From the IMG/VR virus record IMGVR_UViG_3300021138_000019, positions 10,033-74,032 of that record: a stretch of 64,000 bases of DNA. One strand, 5' to 3'. Position numbers and translations under genes: made by a program. Positions within the stretch are counted from its first letter, which is position 1. Each line of letters starts with the position of its first letter. This DNA is from a virus. The notes below the pieces were generated by a model that ran no database searches, was not told the DNA's origin, and saw nothing but the letters and a program-made list of their open reading frames with translations. Positions 21,416-31,983 of this stretch are shown here, one piece after another.

Positions 21416-23134
21416 ATGAACCCATTAAATAAATTCTCGCTGTTTGGTTTTACAATATCTCGTGATAAAGATATTGAAGCACAACAAACGCAACAATCAT
21501 TCTCTCCACCGAGCAATGATGATGGGGCTTTAACAATTACTTCTGCCGCTTATTATGGCACTTATGTTGACTTAGATGGTACAGCAAAAAATGAAGTAGA
21601 ATTAATATCTCGCTACCGTGAAATGGCGATGCAGCCAGAAATAGAATCTGCGATTGATGATATTGTAAATGAAGCTATTTGTCAAGATAATGAAGGTAAT
21701 AGTATTAAAATTGTAATGGATGATTTATCAGTTCCAGATAAAATTAAAAAAGCGATCTCTGGTGAATTTGATACCATTTTAAGATTATTAAACTATCGAA
21801 ATATGTCGCATGATATATTCCGTAGGTATTATGTTGACGGTAGACTTTTTTATCATATCATTATTGATAGAGAGAATCCAGTTTCTGGTATAAAAGAATT
21901 AAGATATATTGATCCTCGCAAACTTAAAAAAGTTCGTGAGATTAAAAAAACTAAAGATGAGAAGACTGGTGTTGACATTATGAATGTAGTCAATGAATAC
22001 TACATTTGGAACGACAAGGTCACTACTGGATCGTCTTCCAGCTTTGGTCCAGTAGGTGTACGTATAACCACAGACTCTGTGCTTTCAATCGTCTCTGGAC
22101 TCATGGATTCACGCCGTGCTGTTGTTTTATCTTACTTACATAAAGCAATTAAACCACTTAATCAATTACGTATGATTGAAGATGCCACAGTTATTTACAG
22201 AATTTCTCGTGCACCTGAAAGACGTATATTCTACATTGATGTTGGTAATTTACCAAAATTGAAAGCAGAACAATATTTGCGTGATATTATGGTTAAGTAT
22301 AAGAATAAACTTGTCTATGATGCAAATACCGGTGAAGTTCGTGATGATCGTAAATTTTTATCTATGATGGAAGACTTTTGGTTACCACGTAGAGAAGGTG
22401 GTAAAGGTACAGAGATTACTACATTACCTGGTGGACAAAATTTGGGTGAGCTAGAAGATGTTAAGTACTTTGAAAAGAAGCTATATAAAGCATTGTGTGT
22501 GCCAGTTTCTCGTTTAAATCCTGAGACTTCAGGTTTTTCACTAGGGCGCACAAATGAGATTACAAGAGACGAATTAAAGTTTGCAAAATTTGTTGACCGT
22601 ATGCGTCAAAAGTTTGCTGAAATCTTTGATCAAGCATTGAGAGTTCAATGTGTACTCAAAGGTATCTGTAATGAAGAAGAATGGAAAATTTTTAAAGAAA
22701 ACATCCATTATGACTTTATTACTGATAACAATTTTTCAGAATTAAAAGATGCAGAGTTATTAAAAGAAAGACTTTCATTGTTACAAGAAGTAGACCCATA
22801 TACTGGTAGATATTTTTCTCAAGCATGGATTCAAAGAAAAGTCTTACGTTTGGATAACAATGAAATTAAAGTTATGCAAACAGAGATCGAGAAAGAAAAA
22901 GAAGCTGGACTTGGATTACCGGTTGCCGTTACGAACGATGTTGCTCAACAAGCAATGATGAGTACCGTACCACAACAGCCAATTCACCCAACGGATTTAG
23001 AACATCAACAAGATATGGCTAAAAAAGACTTTGATAATAAAGTTCAATTAGCTAAATTAAAACCGAAAACCTCGGTCAAAAAAGAAGAAGCTGAAGAACC
23101 TAATACGTTCGAAAGATTAAAAAGAATTTTATAG
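21416..23134 (+). CDS. gp20: portal vertex protein gp20
   Basis: YRISRAPERRIFYIDVGNLPK, EDFWLPRREGGKGTEITTLPGG. Confidence 0.97.
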   Translation: MNPLNKFSLFGFTISRDKDIEAQQTQQSFSPPSNDDGALTITSAAYYGTYVDLDGTAKNEVELISRYREMAMQPEIESAIDDIVNEAICQDNEGNSIKIVMDDLSVPDKIKKAISGEFDTILRLLNYRNMSHDIFRRYYVDGRLFYHIIIDRENPVSGIKELRYIDPRKLKKVREIKKTKDEKTGVDIMNVVNEYYIWNDKVTTGSSSSFGPVGVRITTDSVLSIVSGLMDSRRAVVLSYLHKAIKPLNQLRMIEDATVIYRISRAPERRIFYIDVGNLPKLKAEQYLRDIMVKYKNKLVYDANTGEVRDDRKFLSMMEDFWLPRREGGKGTEITTLPGGQNLGELEDVKYFEKKLYKALCVPVSRLNPETSGFSLGRTNEITRDELKFAKFVDRMRQKFAEIFDQALRVQCVLKGICNEEEWKIFKENIHYDFITDNNFSELKDAELLKERLSLLQEVDPYTGRYFSQAWIQRKVLRLDNNEIKVMQTEIEKEKEAGLGLPVAVTNDVAQQAMMSTVPQQPIHPTDLEHQQDMAKKDFDNKVQLAKLKPKTSVKKEEAEEPNTFERLKRIL

Positions 23135-23144
23135 GAGAACTTAA

Positions 23145-23666
23145 ATGTCTAGCAAAGCAATTATAGATTACACGATGGAAGATGATTCTCTTGGTGTAAG
23201 AGATGCATTATATTCTGCAATTCAAGATCGTGTGATGGCACACATTGAAGCAAAAAAAGCAGAAATTGCATCGAACTTTATTACTCAACAAGAAGAAGTT
23301 GAAGAAGATGAAGAATATGAAGATGAAGAATATGTAAACATACCGGAAGGCGTTGAAGTTTTTGTACCAACAAATTCTATTAATGAAGCCAGTAAAGAAG
23401 AGCACCCATGGAGAATGGACAAAGACCGCAAAGGTACAGGATATCACATAGTTAATTCAGTTCGACCAAAAACGGCAAAAGTAAATGGTGTTAATAAAAC
23501 GATTGGTTTAGAATCTGATGGTGTACATAGTCACGCCTTTGAATCTCACCACGAGGCCGAAAAATGTTGCTATGATTTAGCTGAACGTGGTCATACATGT
23601 ACTCATCACTGCCCACAAGGTTACGTTAAAGCAGTTGTTCAGCCATCACACGGTTTCGAAATCTAA
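23145..23666 (+). CDS. prohead core protein (gp67-like N-terminus) with extra C-terminal domain
   Basis: Position right after portal; helical N-terminus plus acidic run; His/Cys-containing tail. Confidence 0.55.
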   Translation: MSSKAIIDYTMEDDSLGVRDALYSAIQDRVMAHIEAKKAEIASNFITQQEEVEEDEEYEDEEYVNIPEGVEVFVPTNSINEASKEEHPWRMDKDRKGTGYHIVNSVRPKTAKVNGVNKTIGLESDGVHSHAFESHHEAEKCCYDLAERGHTCTHHCPQGYVKAVVQPSHGFEI

Positions 23667-24148
23667 TGAAATCGGTAAGAGAGTTTATTGTTAATGAAAA
23701 CACCGAGACGGAAACGTTCTCGGAAGACTCTCTTTTGGAAGCCCCACAAGGTAAAGAAGTTTCACCTACCAAAACTGATTTACCTTCTATTTTGACTCTA
23801 CAAAGAAAATCTATTCGCAAACTACCTAACGGTGAAAAAGTTGCTTTGTACTATGCCAATAAGATTAATAAATATGTAACAATACCATATTCAGATGTTC
23901 ACATAGAAGAATATGTAAAAGGCAACAATTTAGAATATCTTCAAGATATAGTAGAAAGTAACAGAGCAAATGCAATTATTTTTGAGGACGGTAAAACGAT
24001 GATGGTTAACACCTCAACTGCAAAAAAAGTATTGAGATTGCATGAGTCATTAGATGCAACAAATCGTTTAAAAATATATAGAATGGTTGATGAGAGCAAA
24101 GAACAATTTAAAAAAGTTGTTGGTTTTGCATTCACACATATAAAATAA
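23666..24148 (+). CDS. hypothetical head-associated protein
   Basis: Between gp20 and gp21, translationally coupled. Confidence 0.55.
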   Translation: MKSVREFIVNENTETETFSEDSLLEAPQGKEVSPTKTDLPSILTLQRKSIRKLPNGEKVALYYANKINKYVTIPYSDVHIEEYVKGNNLEYLQDIVESNRANAIIFEDGKTMMVNTSTAKKVLRLHESLDATNRLKIYRMVDESKEQFKKVVGFAFTHIK

Positions 24149-24156
24149 GGTAACAA

Positions 24157-24672
24157 ATGGCAAATCAATATACATATCAAATAATTAAAGATTCTGTAAC
24201 ACACACAATAATTAAATTGACGGGTCAATTTGATGGTTCAAGTGGACAAGAATCAAATCTTAGTAGGATTCAAGCAAATACACTCTATGGCGCATTGAAC
24301 ACTGCTGGAACTTCACTATCAGCAGGTGGAACATCTTTACCGTTTTATGGATTACTTATCAATCGTGTTTGGTATGATGTAAGCGGCACTGGAAATGTAC
24401 AACTTGTATGGTCTTCAGACACCGCACAAACCATTTTCTATATGACCGGTGGGCATGAATATGATGCAATGGGAAATTGGGTAACAATTCCCAACAATGC
24501 ATATAATCAATCAAATTGTAATGGTAATATTGGAATCGTGACTCACGGTATGTCGGCAAACGATGGATATAGTGTTGTACTGGAATTACGTAAAGATAAT
24601 ATATATTATCAACGTGGACAGTTTGATGATCCGGCTTCATTTAACTACGGGGTATATAAGACAACACCATGA
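24157..24672 (+). CDS. hypothetical virion protein
   Basis: Head block; beta-rich; AAGG RBS. Confidence 0.55.
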   Translation: MANQYTYQIIKDSVTHTIIKLTGQFDGSSGQESNLSRIQANTLYGALNTAGTSLSAGGTSLPFYGLLINRVWYDVSGTGNVQLVWSSDTAQTIFYMTGGHEYDAMGNWVTIPNNAYNQSNCNGNIGIVTHGMSANDGYSVVLELRKDNIYYQRGQFDDPASFNYGVYKTTP

Positions 24673-25313
24673 AATTAATAAAAGAAATTACAGAATCGGT
24701 ACAATATATTACCGAAGAAAAGGATGGAAAGAAAACTCTATTCATCGAAGGACCTTTCTTGGTTACAGAGCGAGAAAATAAAAACAAAAGATTGTACGAA
24801 CATGGTACAATGCTTAAAGAAGTTAAACGTTATTCTGAAGAATACATTAATAAGAACCGTGCATACGGTGAATTAGGTCATCCAGACACACCTTCCATTA
24901 ACTTAGACCGTGTATCACACATCATTACTTCACTCAAAGAAGATGGTCATCAGTTTATTGGAAGAGCAAAAATACTTGATACCCCAATGGGACAAATTGC
25001 CAGAAACCTTATTGAAGGTGGTGGTCAATTAGGAGTTTCATCTCGTGGTATGGGTTCATTGAAGAATGTTAATGGAGTCAACATTGTTCAAGACGATTTT
25101 TATCTAGCCACAGCGGCAGATATTGTAGCTGATCCATCAGCACCTGGTGCTTTTGTGCAAGGTATAATGGAAGGCAAAGAGTGGATGTTAGTAGATGGTG
25201 TATGGACAGAACGTCAATTAGAAGAATCTAAGAAAATGATTCGTCAAGCTACACCTAGAGAAATTGAAGCAGTTGGCTTAAAAATCTTTGAAAACTTCAT
25301 CAAAAAACTTTAA
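24669..25313 (+). CDS. gp21: prohead protease gp21
   Basis: GELGHP, GVSSRGMGSL, DIVADPSAPGAFV. Confidence 0.97.
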   Translation: MKLIKEITESVQYITEEKDGKKTLFIEGPFLVTERENKNKRLYEHGTMLKEVKRYSEEYINKNRAYGELGHPDTPSINLDRVSHIITSLKEDGHQFIGRAKILDTPMGQIARNLIEGGGQLGVSSRGMGSLKNVNGVNIVQDDFYLATAADIVADPSAPGAFVQGIMEGKEWMLVDGVWTERQLEESKKMIRQATPREIEAVGLKIFENFIKKL

Positions 25314-25315
25314 AA

Positions 25316-25323
25316 TATAAATA
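25316..25323 (+). promoter_or_regulatory. T4-type late promoter for gp22/gp23
   Basis: Exact TATAAATA upstream of gp22. Confidence 0.85.
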
Positions 25324-25353
25324 TACCAATACGAATCATAGGAGATTTACAAA

Positions 25354-26565
25354 ATGGGAACATTCAATCTGTCAGAAGCCGCTCAAGCCATTCTTAACGA
25401 AGGATCAAAAGAGACTTTAGATGGCATCGTAAAACAAAAAATGGCGCAAAGAAGCCAAGACAAACACCCAAAAGGTGAAGTCGGTCAAGATAGACTTCAA
25501 TCTAAAACTGCATACGGCACAAACGATGCGGGTATTATCGGTCAAAGCCCAACTAAAGATGATGACGGTGAATTACCTGATTATCTAAAAGGTACTCCAT
25601 CGGCAACACCACCAGGAGCAACACCTCCTGTAGGTTCAGAAAAAGATGGTGTAGGATATACGTCACCAAAAGGTCAGCCACAACAAACTATGGGACGCAA
25701 AGATGTTATGCATCCGACACAAATGAACGGCGACCAATACGAAAAAATTCGTGACCGTGTAAAAACTACATTCCCAAAAAATACGTTCATGTCAAATCCT
25801 GGGGCAACATTTCAGTCCTATGGTGAAGGTATTGATATGACTGATGATGTAAATGCTTTATTAGAAGGCGAATCATTATCTGAAGAATTTAAATTAAAGG
25901 CTACAACAATTTTTGAAGCCGCTATAACGTCACGCATCGAGCAAATTATCGAACAAGTTGAATCTGAATTGGTAGAACAATACGAAGCTGGTATTGAGCA
26001 AATTAAAGAAGAACTTGCTGATAAATTAGACCAATATATTGACTACTTTGCAGAACAATACATGCAACAAAACGAATTGGCAATAGTATCCGGTCTACGT
26101 GCAGAAATTGCAGAAGACTTTATCTCTAGCCTACGTGATGTATTTTTAGAGCACAATATTGATATTCCAGAAGAACAAGTTCAAGTTGTTGAAGAATTAA
26201 CTTCACGAGTTGAAGAACTTGAAGAAGCGCTAGACGAAGAAATTAAGACTGCCGTTGCTTTAAAAAGAGCATTGTCAGAACAAGTTAAAATTGAGGCTAT
26301 ACACACAGCTTGTGAAGGCCTAACTCAGACTCAAGTAGAACGATTGAAAACACTCGCAGAGAATGTGGAATTTACTACTGATGAAGAATTTACCGCAAAA
26401 CTAGACGTTTTGAAAGAATCGTATTTCAGATCCGATGTTAAAGTTGCGGAAAGTTCAATGCTGAACGAAGGTATTGAGATTGAAGAAGAAAAGAAATCAA
26501 AAGTTTCAACCGACGATTCAATCAATCAATACGCAAGAACTATTTCACAAACTTTGGTAAAATAA
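25354..26565 (+). CDS. gp22: prohead scaffold protein gp22
   Basis: LSEEFKxKATTIFEAA, acidic coiled coil, between gp21 and gp23. Confidence 0.93.
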   Translation: MGTFNLSEAAQAILNEGSKETLDGIVKQKMAQRSQDKHPKGEVGQDRLQSKTAYGTNDAGIIGQSPTKDDDGELPDYLKGTPSATPPGATPPVGSEKDGVGYTSPKGQPQQTMGRKDVMHPTQMNGDQYEKIRDRVKTTFPKNTFMSNPGATFQSYGEGIDMTDDVNALLEGESLSEEFKLKATTIFEAAITSRIEQIIEQVESELVEQYEAGIEQIKEELADKLDQYIDYFAEQYMQQNELAIVSGLRAEIAEDFISSLRDVFLEHNIDIPEEQVQVVEELTSRVEELEEALDEEIKTAVALKRALSEQVKIEAIHTACEGLTQTQVERLKTLAENVEFTTDEEFTAKLDVLKESYFRSDVKVAESSMLNEGIEIEEEKKSKVSTDDSINQYARTISQTLVK

Positions 26566-26608
26566 TAAATAAATTACCAATACAAGATACTAATAAGGAG
26601 AACAACTA

Positions 26609-27982
26609 ATGTATCTATCCGAAGAACTACAAAGGAAATGGCAACCAATTCTGGAGCATCCAGAGTTAGAGTCAATTAAAGATCCATACAAGAAAGCAGT
26701 TACTTCTGTTATTCTTGAGAATCAACACCAAGCAATGCAAAAGGATCGTCAGTCTTTGAATGAAACTTCAGACTACGGACCAACAAACGTTACTGGTGGT
26801 GTACAGAACTTTGACCCAATCTTAATCAGCTTGGTTCGCCGTTCATTACCAAACTTGATTGCGTATGATGTTGCTGGTGTTCAACCAATGACAGGTCCAA
26901 CAGGTTTGATTTTTGCAATGCGTGCTCGTTATGCTCCAGGCGCAACAGGTCCATCACAGGGCGGTGCAGAAGCCTTCTATAACGAAGCTAATACACAGTT
27001 CTCTGGTAACAACTCTGCGTTCGGCCCATACAACGAATACGGATTCTCTGGTAACACAGGTTCTGATACTTCTACGAACTATTGGTCTGGCGCTAACGTT
27101 GCCGGTTCTAATAATTTCACAACTGGTATCGGTATGCAAACAGCTATTGCTGAAGCATTAGGTTCAGATGTAGGTAATGCATTCCAGCAAATGGCATTCT
27201 CAATCGAGAAAGTTACTGTTACAGCACAATCTAGAGCATTGAAAGCTGAGTACTCTTTAGAACTCGCACAAGACTTAAAAGCAATTCACGGTCTTGATGC
27301 AGAAACAGAATTGTCAAATATTCTGTCTACAGAAATTTTAGCTGAAATTAACCGTGAAGTTATTCGTACAATTTATTTGTCTGCTGTAAAAGGTGCACAA
27401 TACGGTACAGTTACTCCTGGTTATTTTGACTTAGATACAGACTCTAACGGTCGTTGGTCAGTTGAGCGTTTCAAAGGTTTGATTTTCCAAGTCGAACGTG
27501 ATGCTAACGTTATTGCAAAACAAACTCGTAGAGGTAAAGGTAACGTGATGATCGTATCCTCCGATGTTGCTTCTGCTATGGCAATGGCTGGTGTATTATC
27601 TTATACTCCTGCTCTGCAATCAGATCTACAAGTTGACGATACAGGCAATACATTTGCTGGATTGTTACACGGACGCATTAAAGTTTACATTGACCCATAC
27701 TTTGGTGGTTATACACAAAACGTCGAATTGGCAACAATCGGCTATAAAGGTACATCACCATATGATGCAGGTATTTTCTACTGCCCGTATGTTCCTTTAC
27801 AAATGGTTCGTGCAGTTGACCAGTTTACATTCCAACCAAAAATTGGATTCAAAACTCGTTACGGTATGGTAGCAAACCCGTTTGCACAAGGTATTACAGC
27901 ACAGCCATCAACTGGTGGTGGTGTAATTCAAGCAGGTACAAACGTATACTACCGTATTTTCGGTGTTAAAAACTTGATGTAA
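26609..27982 (+). CDS. gp23: major capsid protein gp23
   Basis: GVQPMTGPTGLIFAMR, ELAQDLKAIHGLDAE, FQPKIGFKTRYG. Confidence 0.98.
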   Translation: MYLSEELQRKWQPILEHPELESIKDPYKKAVTSVILENQHQAMQKDRQSLNETSDYGPTNVTGGVQNFDPILISLVRRSLPNLIAYDVAGVQPMTGPTGLIFAMRARYAPGATGPSQGGAEAFYNEANTQFSGNNSAFGPYNEYGFSGNTGSDTSTNYWSGANVAGSNNFTTGIGMQTAIAEALGSDVGNAFQQMAFSIEKVTVTAQSRALKAEYSLELAQDLKAIHGLDAETELSNILSTEILAEINREVIRTIYLSAVKGAQYGTVTPGYFDLDTDSNGRWSVERFKGLIFQVERDANVIAKQTRRGKGNVMIVSSDVASAMAMAGVLSYTPALQSDLQVDDTGNTFAGLLHGRIKVYIDPYFGGYTQNVELATIGYKGTSPYDAGIFYCPYVPLQMVRAVDQFTFQPKIGFKTRYGMVANPFAQGITAQPSTGGGVIQAGTNVYYRIFGVKNLM

Positions 27983-28012
27983 TCAAGAAACCACCGTTAA
28001 GAGTGGTACTTT

Positions 28013-28039
28013 AAAGGGGGTCGCAAGACCCCTTTTTTT
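28013..28039 (+). terminator. intrinsic terminator after gp23
   Basis: GGGGTC-GCAA-GACCCC followed by T7. Confidence 0.9.
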
Positions 28040-28043
28040 GGCT

Positions 28044-28051
28044 TATAAATA
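28044..28051 (+). promoter_or_regulatory. late promoter for gp3
   Basis: TATAAATA. Confidence 0.8.
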
Positions 28052-28056
28052 ACGAT

Positions 28057-28560
28057 ATGACCGCACTAAACAGAAACCCACAGAATACCAATCTATTACA
28101 ACCTACAAAGTTCTTGTTGAATTTTAAAAAAATTGATTCGGTACAATATTTTTGTCAGTCAGTTAATCTGCCTGGCATTACTTTGTCCGGCCCTGCAAAA
28201 CAAAGTACCCCGTTTTTAACGATACCAAAAGCTGGTGATGTTTTGACCTATAATCCTTTATCTGTTACATTTACTGTAGATGAAGATTTACAAACTATTA
28301 AAGCAATTCAAAATTGGTTACTTGGGATTGCAGATCCATCAGCATTTCAAAATAGAAATATAAATTATAAAAATAATTATTCCGATGCGACTCTTACAAT
28401 ACTCACCGGTTTAAATAATAATAATTTAAAAATTCAATTTGTAAATTTATTCCCGACAGATATATCAGATATCAAGTTTGACACTAAAGAATCGGCAGAT
28501 GATATTATTGTTGCATCGGCAAATTTTAAATATGAATATTATACCATATTGACATCTTAA
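28057..28560 (+). CDS. gp3: tail tube terminator/sheath stabiliser gp3
   Basis: YFCQSVNLPGI, FxVDEDL, SDATLTIL, FxNLFPT. Confidence 0.88.
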   Translation: MTALNRNPQNTNLLQPTKFLLNFKKIDSVQYFCQSVNLPGITLSGPAKQSTPFLTIPKAGDVLTYNPLSVTFTVDEDLQTIKAIQNWLLGIADPSAFQNRNINYKNNYSDATLTILTGLNNNNLKIQFVNLFPTDISDIKFDTKESADDIIVASANFKYEYYTILTS

Positions 28561-28577
28561 CTGTTTTATGTTATACT
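28549..28577 (+). promoter_or_regulatory. sigma70-type promoter for uvsY/uvsW
   Basis: TTGACA-17bp-TATACT with TG extended -10. Confidence 0.85.
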
Positions 28578-28601
28578 AAAATTTTATAATTGGATTTTGA
28601 T

Positions 28602-29036
28602 ATGGAAAAACTTGATAATATTTTGAAACTGTGGGAAAATGATTCTGCTATTGATAAAACAGAACCGAGCAATGAACTCACAAGAGTTCCACAGCTACAC
28701 AGTAAATACTTAAATATACTAACGACACATAAGATTGCCGCTAAAAAGGCTTTCTTTGACCTTCAGCGCATGAAAAAGGTTAAGTGGGAATACTATACTG
28801 GTAAAATGGACAAAGACACATTAGACCAGTATGGGTGGGAACCGTTCCAGTTTACATTAAAATCTGATGTAAGCACTTACATGGATGCGGATGAAGATAT
28901 TATTAGACTTAACGAGAAAAAAGTATACCACGATGAAGTGGTTTCTGTGGTTGAGTATATTATGAATGAATTGAAGTCTAGGACATTTCAACTTAGAGAC
29001 ATTATATCGTGGGAGAAATTTATTGGAGGACAATGA
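28602..29036 (+). CDS. uvsY: recombination mediator UvsY
   Basis: PQLHSKYL, KWEYYTGK; upstream of uvsW. Confidence 0.9.
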   Translation: MEKLDNILKLWENDSAIDKTEPSNELTRVPQLHSKYLNILTTHKIAAKKAFFDLQRMKKVKWEYYTGKMDKDTLDQYGWEPFQFTLKSDVSTYMDADEDIIRLNEKKVYHDEVVSVVEYIMNELKSRTFQLRDIISWEKFIGGQ

Positions 29037-30535
29037 GTGACTTAGTAATTTACAAAAAAAATGAAGCATACCTTCAAGTTAAATGTGAGCAACATATTGC
29101 AAAAGAACTATCTGAATATTTTACGTTCTTTGTACCAGGTCACAAGTTTACTCCTGCCTTTAGAAATAAAATATGGGACGGAAAGATCCGTCTTTTTGAT
29201 TTAAGGAATAATTCTCTGTATCTTGGCTTACTCGATTATGTTAAAGAGTTTAGCAAAGACAGAGAATATTCAATAGAATATACTGAACCATCTGTAGATG
29301 TAGAAGATGAATTCAGCAGATACCATGCCGAAAAGTTTGTAGATTCTTTAAAATTACAATCTCAAAATAAAGATATTCTTACGCACGACCATCAATTAGA
29401 TGCGTTTATCAACGTTATGCAGAGGCGTAGAGCACTTTTATTATCTCCTACAGCATCAGGTAAGTCTTTAATCATTTATCTCTTTGTACGTCAGTTTATA
29501 GATTTTCAAAATTTGAAAGGACTTATTTTAGTTCCAACTACTTCTCTCGTTGAACAACTTTATTCGGATTTTATAGATTATTCTACCGAAAATAGTTTTG
29601 ATACAGAATCAAATACTCAAAAAATTTATTCCGGTCAAGAAAAAACTTATGTGAAACCAATTACGATATCCACTTGGCAGTCAATGCAAAATATGCCGGA
29701 TAATTTTTTTCATCAATTTGATTATGTAATTGGTGATGAAGCCCACCTTTTTAAAGCAAAAGAACTTACTCGTATACTTTCATCTTGTGTAAATACAAAA
29801 TATAGGATAGGATTAACCGGAACTTTAGATGGGACAAAGACTCACAAACTTGTTCTTGAAGGCCTTTTTGGTACTGCAAAAAAAGTTATATCGACTAAAG
29901 AACTTATTGATAAAGGCATTCTTTCTAATTTTGAAGTTAAATGTCTTGTGTTAAAACATTCAAAAGAAATATGTGAAGAAATGAAAGATGCAACATATCA
30001 AGAAGAATTAGAATATCTTATATTGAATGAACAACGTAATAAATTTATAAAAAACCTTGCCGTGAGTATGAAAACAAATACTCTGATTCTTTATCAAATG
30101 GTTGACAAACACGGCAAAATACTGTATAATATGATTAAGAATACAGAGAAGATTGGTAATAGGAAAATCTTCTTTGTTTCAGGTGAAACAGAAACAAGTG
30201 AACGTGAAGAGATTCGTAAAATTGTGGAGAAAGAACATGATGCAATTATTGTTGCTTCTTTTGGTACTTTTAGTACAGGAATTAACATTAGGAATTTACA
30301 TAACATTATATTTGCATCTCCTTCAAAATCAAGGATTCGAAATTTACAATCAATTGGGAGAGGTTTACGTTTAGCGGAAGGAAAAGCAACCGCAACATTA
30401 TATGATATTTCTGATGATTTGAGACATAAAAAACACACAAATCATACACTAAGACATTTTATGGAACGGGTTGATATATATAATGAAGAAAAGTTTCCTT
30501 TTAAAATATACAATATAGGACTTAAAAATGGATAA
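29033..30535 (+). CDS. uvsW: DNA helicase UvsW
   Basis: WDGKIRLF, SPTASGKS, GDEAH, GLTGT, LQSIGRGLR. Confidence 0.96.
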   Translation: MSDLVIYKKNEAYLQVKCEQHIAKELSEYFTFFVPGHKFTPAFRNKIWDGKIRLFDLRNNSLYLGLLDYVKEFSKDREYSIEYTEPSVDVEDEFSRYHAEKFVDSLKLQSQNKDILTHDHQLDAFINVMQRRRALLLSPTASGKSLIIYLFVRQFIDFQNLKGLILVPTTSLVEQLYSDFIDYSTENSFDTESNTQKIYSGQEKTYVKPITISTWQSMQNMPDNFFHQFDYVIGDEAHLFKAKELTRILSSCVNTKYRIGLTGTLDGTKTHKLVLEGLFGTAKKVISTKELIDKGILSNFEVKCLVLKHSKEICEEMKDATYQEELEYLILNEQRNKFIKNLAVSMKTNTLILYQMVDKHGKILYNMIKNTEKIGNRKIFFVSGETETSEREEIRKIVEKEHDAIIVASFGTFSTGINIRNLHNIIFASPSKSRIRNLQSIGRGLRLAEGKATATLYDISDDLRHKKHTNHTLRHFMERVDIYNEEKFPFKIYNIGLKNG

Positions 30536-30917
30536 TACAAACGTTAAGATAGTCAGATTAAAAAGTGGGGAAGACATTCTTTGTAATCTTCTAATTAATG
30601 AAGATAAAGTTTTAATTAATCTTTTAGAACCAATGTTAATGGAAACAGAAACATATGGGGGAAATCAACATTTAGTAATTTCAAATTGGCTTCCCGTAGC
30701 TCTTATTAAAGAAAATAGATCTGTTGTACCTATTACTGAAGTTCTTTGTGTAATGCAACCAAATGAAGAACTGGTTGAATATTATGATGAGACTCTTAAG
30801 AAGATGAATAAAACTCTAGTAGTTAAAGACATGGACGATTTAACTGAAGAGGAAATGATAAAAATGATGGAAGTAATGGAAGAAATAAAATCAACTAAAG
30901 GATTGGTAATTCATTAA
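30528..30917 (+). CDS. conserved hypothetical protein (Sm-like fold suspected)
   Basis: KIVRLKSGEDI motif; between uvsW and gp55. Confidence 0.55.
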   Translation: MDNTNVKIVRLKSGEDILCNLLINEDKVLINLLEPMLMETETYGGNQHLVISNWLPVALIKENRSVVPITEVLCVMQPNEELVEYYDETLKKMNKTLVVKDMDDLTEEEMIKMMEVMEEIKSTKGLVIH

Positions 30918-30946
30918 ATTAATAATCTTTAACAGGGTACATAGCC

Positions 30947-30975
30947 AGTGTAGCACTTGTCAAGCACTTTGTCAA
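30947..30975 (-). promoter_or_regulatory. antisense sigma70-type promoter upstream of gp55
   Basis: Minus strand TTGACA-17bp-TACACT with a second TTGACA in the spacer. Confidence 0.6.
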
Positions 30976-30996
30976 TACTTTTTACGGTAAACTTGA

Positions 30997-31542
30997 ATGA
31001 AAAAAACTAAAGAATATGTTAATAATGCTGATTTTACTCAAGCATTAATTGATTATAAAACAGCATCGGACGAGGCAAAAAGACTCGGTAAACCAAAACC
31101 AAAGATCCCGAATTATATCGGCGAATGTTGGATGAAGATTGCCGAGAATTTTTCGCACAAACCTAATTTTATTAATTACCCGCATAGGGAAGAAATGGTA
31201 TCGGACGGTATTGAAAATTGTCTAATGTATTTTGAAAATTTTGATCCAAAAAAATCTAAGAACCCATTTGCTTACTTCTCACAAGTTGTATTCTATGCAT
31301 TTTTACGTAGAATAGATAAAGAGAAAAAACAATTATACGTTAAATATAAGTCAACCGAAATGATTGGTGTTTTGGATGAACATGAGCAAAACGACTTTGA
31401 AGATGGAACTTCAAGACAATTTCATTTATATGATAATATTGGTGAATTTATTTCCACGTATGAAAAAAATAAAAAAGCTAAACTTGAAAAAACCAAGAAA
31501 AAGGCAAAAGGACTTGAAAAATTTATTAAGGAGACGGTATGA
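30997..31542 (+). CDS. gp55: late sigma factor gp55
   Basis: YVNN, IPNYIGEC, DGIENC, NPFAYFSQ..AFLRRI.KEKKQ. Confidence 0.95.
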   Translation: MKKTKEYVNNADFTQALIDYKTASDEAKRLGKPKPKIPNYIGECWMKIAENFSHKPNFINYPHREEMVSDGIENCLMYFENFDPKKSKNPFAYFSQVVFYAFLRRIDKEKKQLYVKYKSTEMIGVLDEHEQNDFEDGTSRQFHLYDNIGEFISTYEKNKKAKLEKTKKKAKGLEKFIKETV

Positions 31543-31979
31543 TTGATTACAACGGTTTAAAAATAGGCTTCACATGTTCTTGTTTTGATTTGTTTCATGC
31601 CGGACATGTAATGATGTTGAAAGAGGCAAGAACACAATGCGACTATTTAATTGTAGGTCTACAATCTGACCCTACCATTGATAGACCAGAAAAAAATAAA
31701 CCGGTACAAACATTACTAGAACGGTATATTCAACTTGAAGGTTGCAAGTACGTGGATGAAATAGTTCCCTATTCCACCGAAAAAGAGTTGATGGACATCT
31801 TGACAAGTTACCCAATTGATGTTAGAATAATAGGAGAAGAGTACAGGGACAAGCAATTTACCGGTTTCAACCTATCAATGTCTGTGTACTTCAATTCAAG
31901 ACAACACAGTTTCAGTACAACAGAACTAAGACAACGTGTATTAACAGCAAACACTAAATCATTACTACCGACTAAATGA
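31539..31979 (+). CDS. cytidylyltransferase (glycerol-3-phosphate CT/TagD-like)
   Basis: FDLFHAGH (HxGH), YVDEIVPY, SFSTTELR. Confidence 0.9.
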   Translation: MIDYNGLKIGFTCSCFDLFHAGHVMMLKEARTQCDYLIVGLQSDPTIDRPEKNKPVQTLLERYIQLEGCKYVDEIVPYSTEKELMDILTSYPIDVRIIGEEYRDKQFTGFNLSMSVYFNSRQHSFSTTELRQRVLTANTKSLLPTK

Positions 31980-31983
31980 AAAA

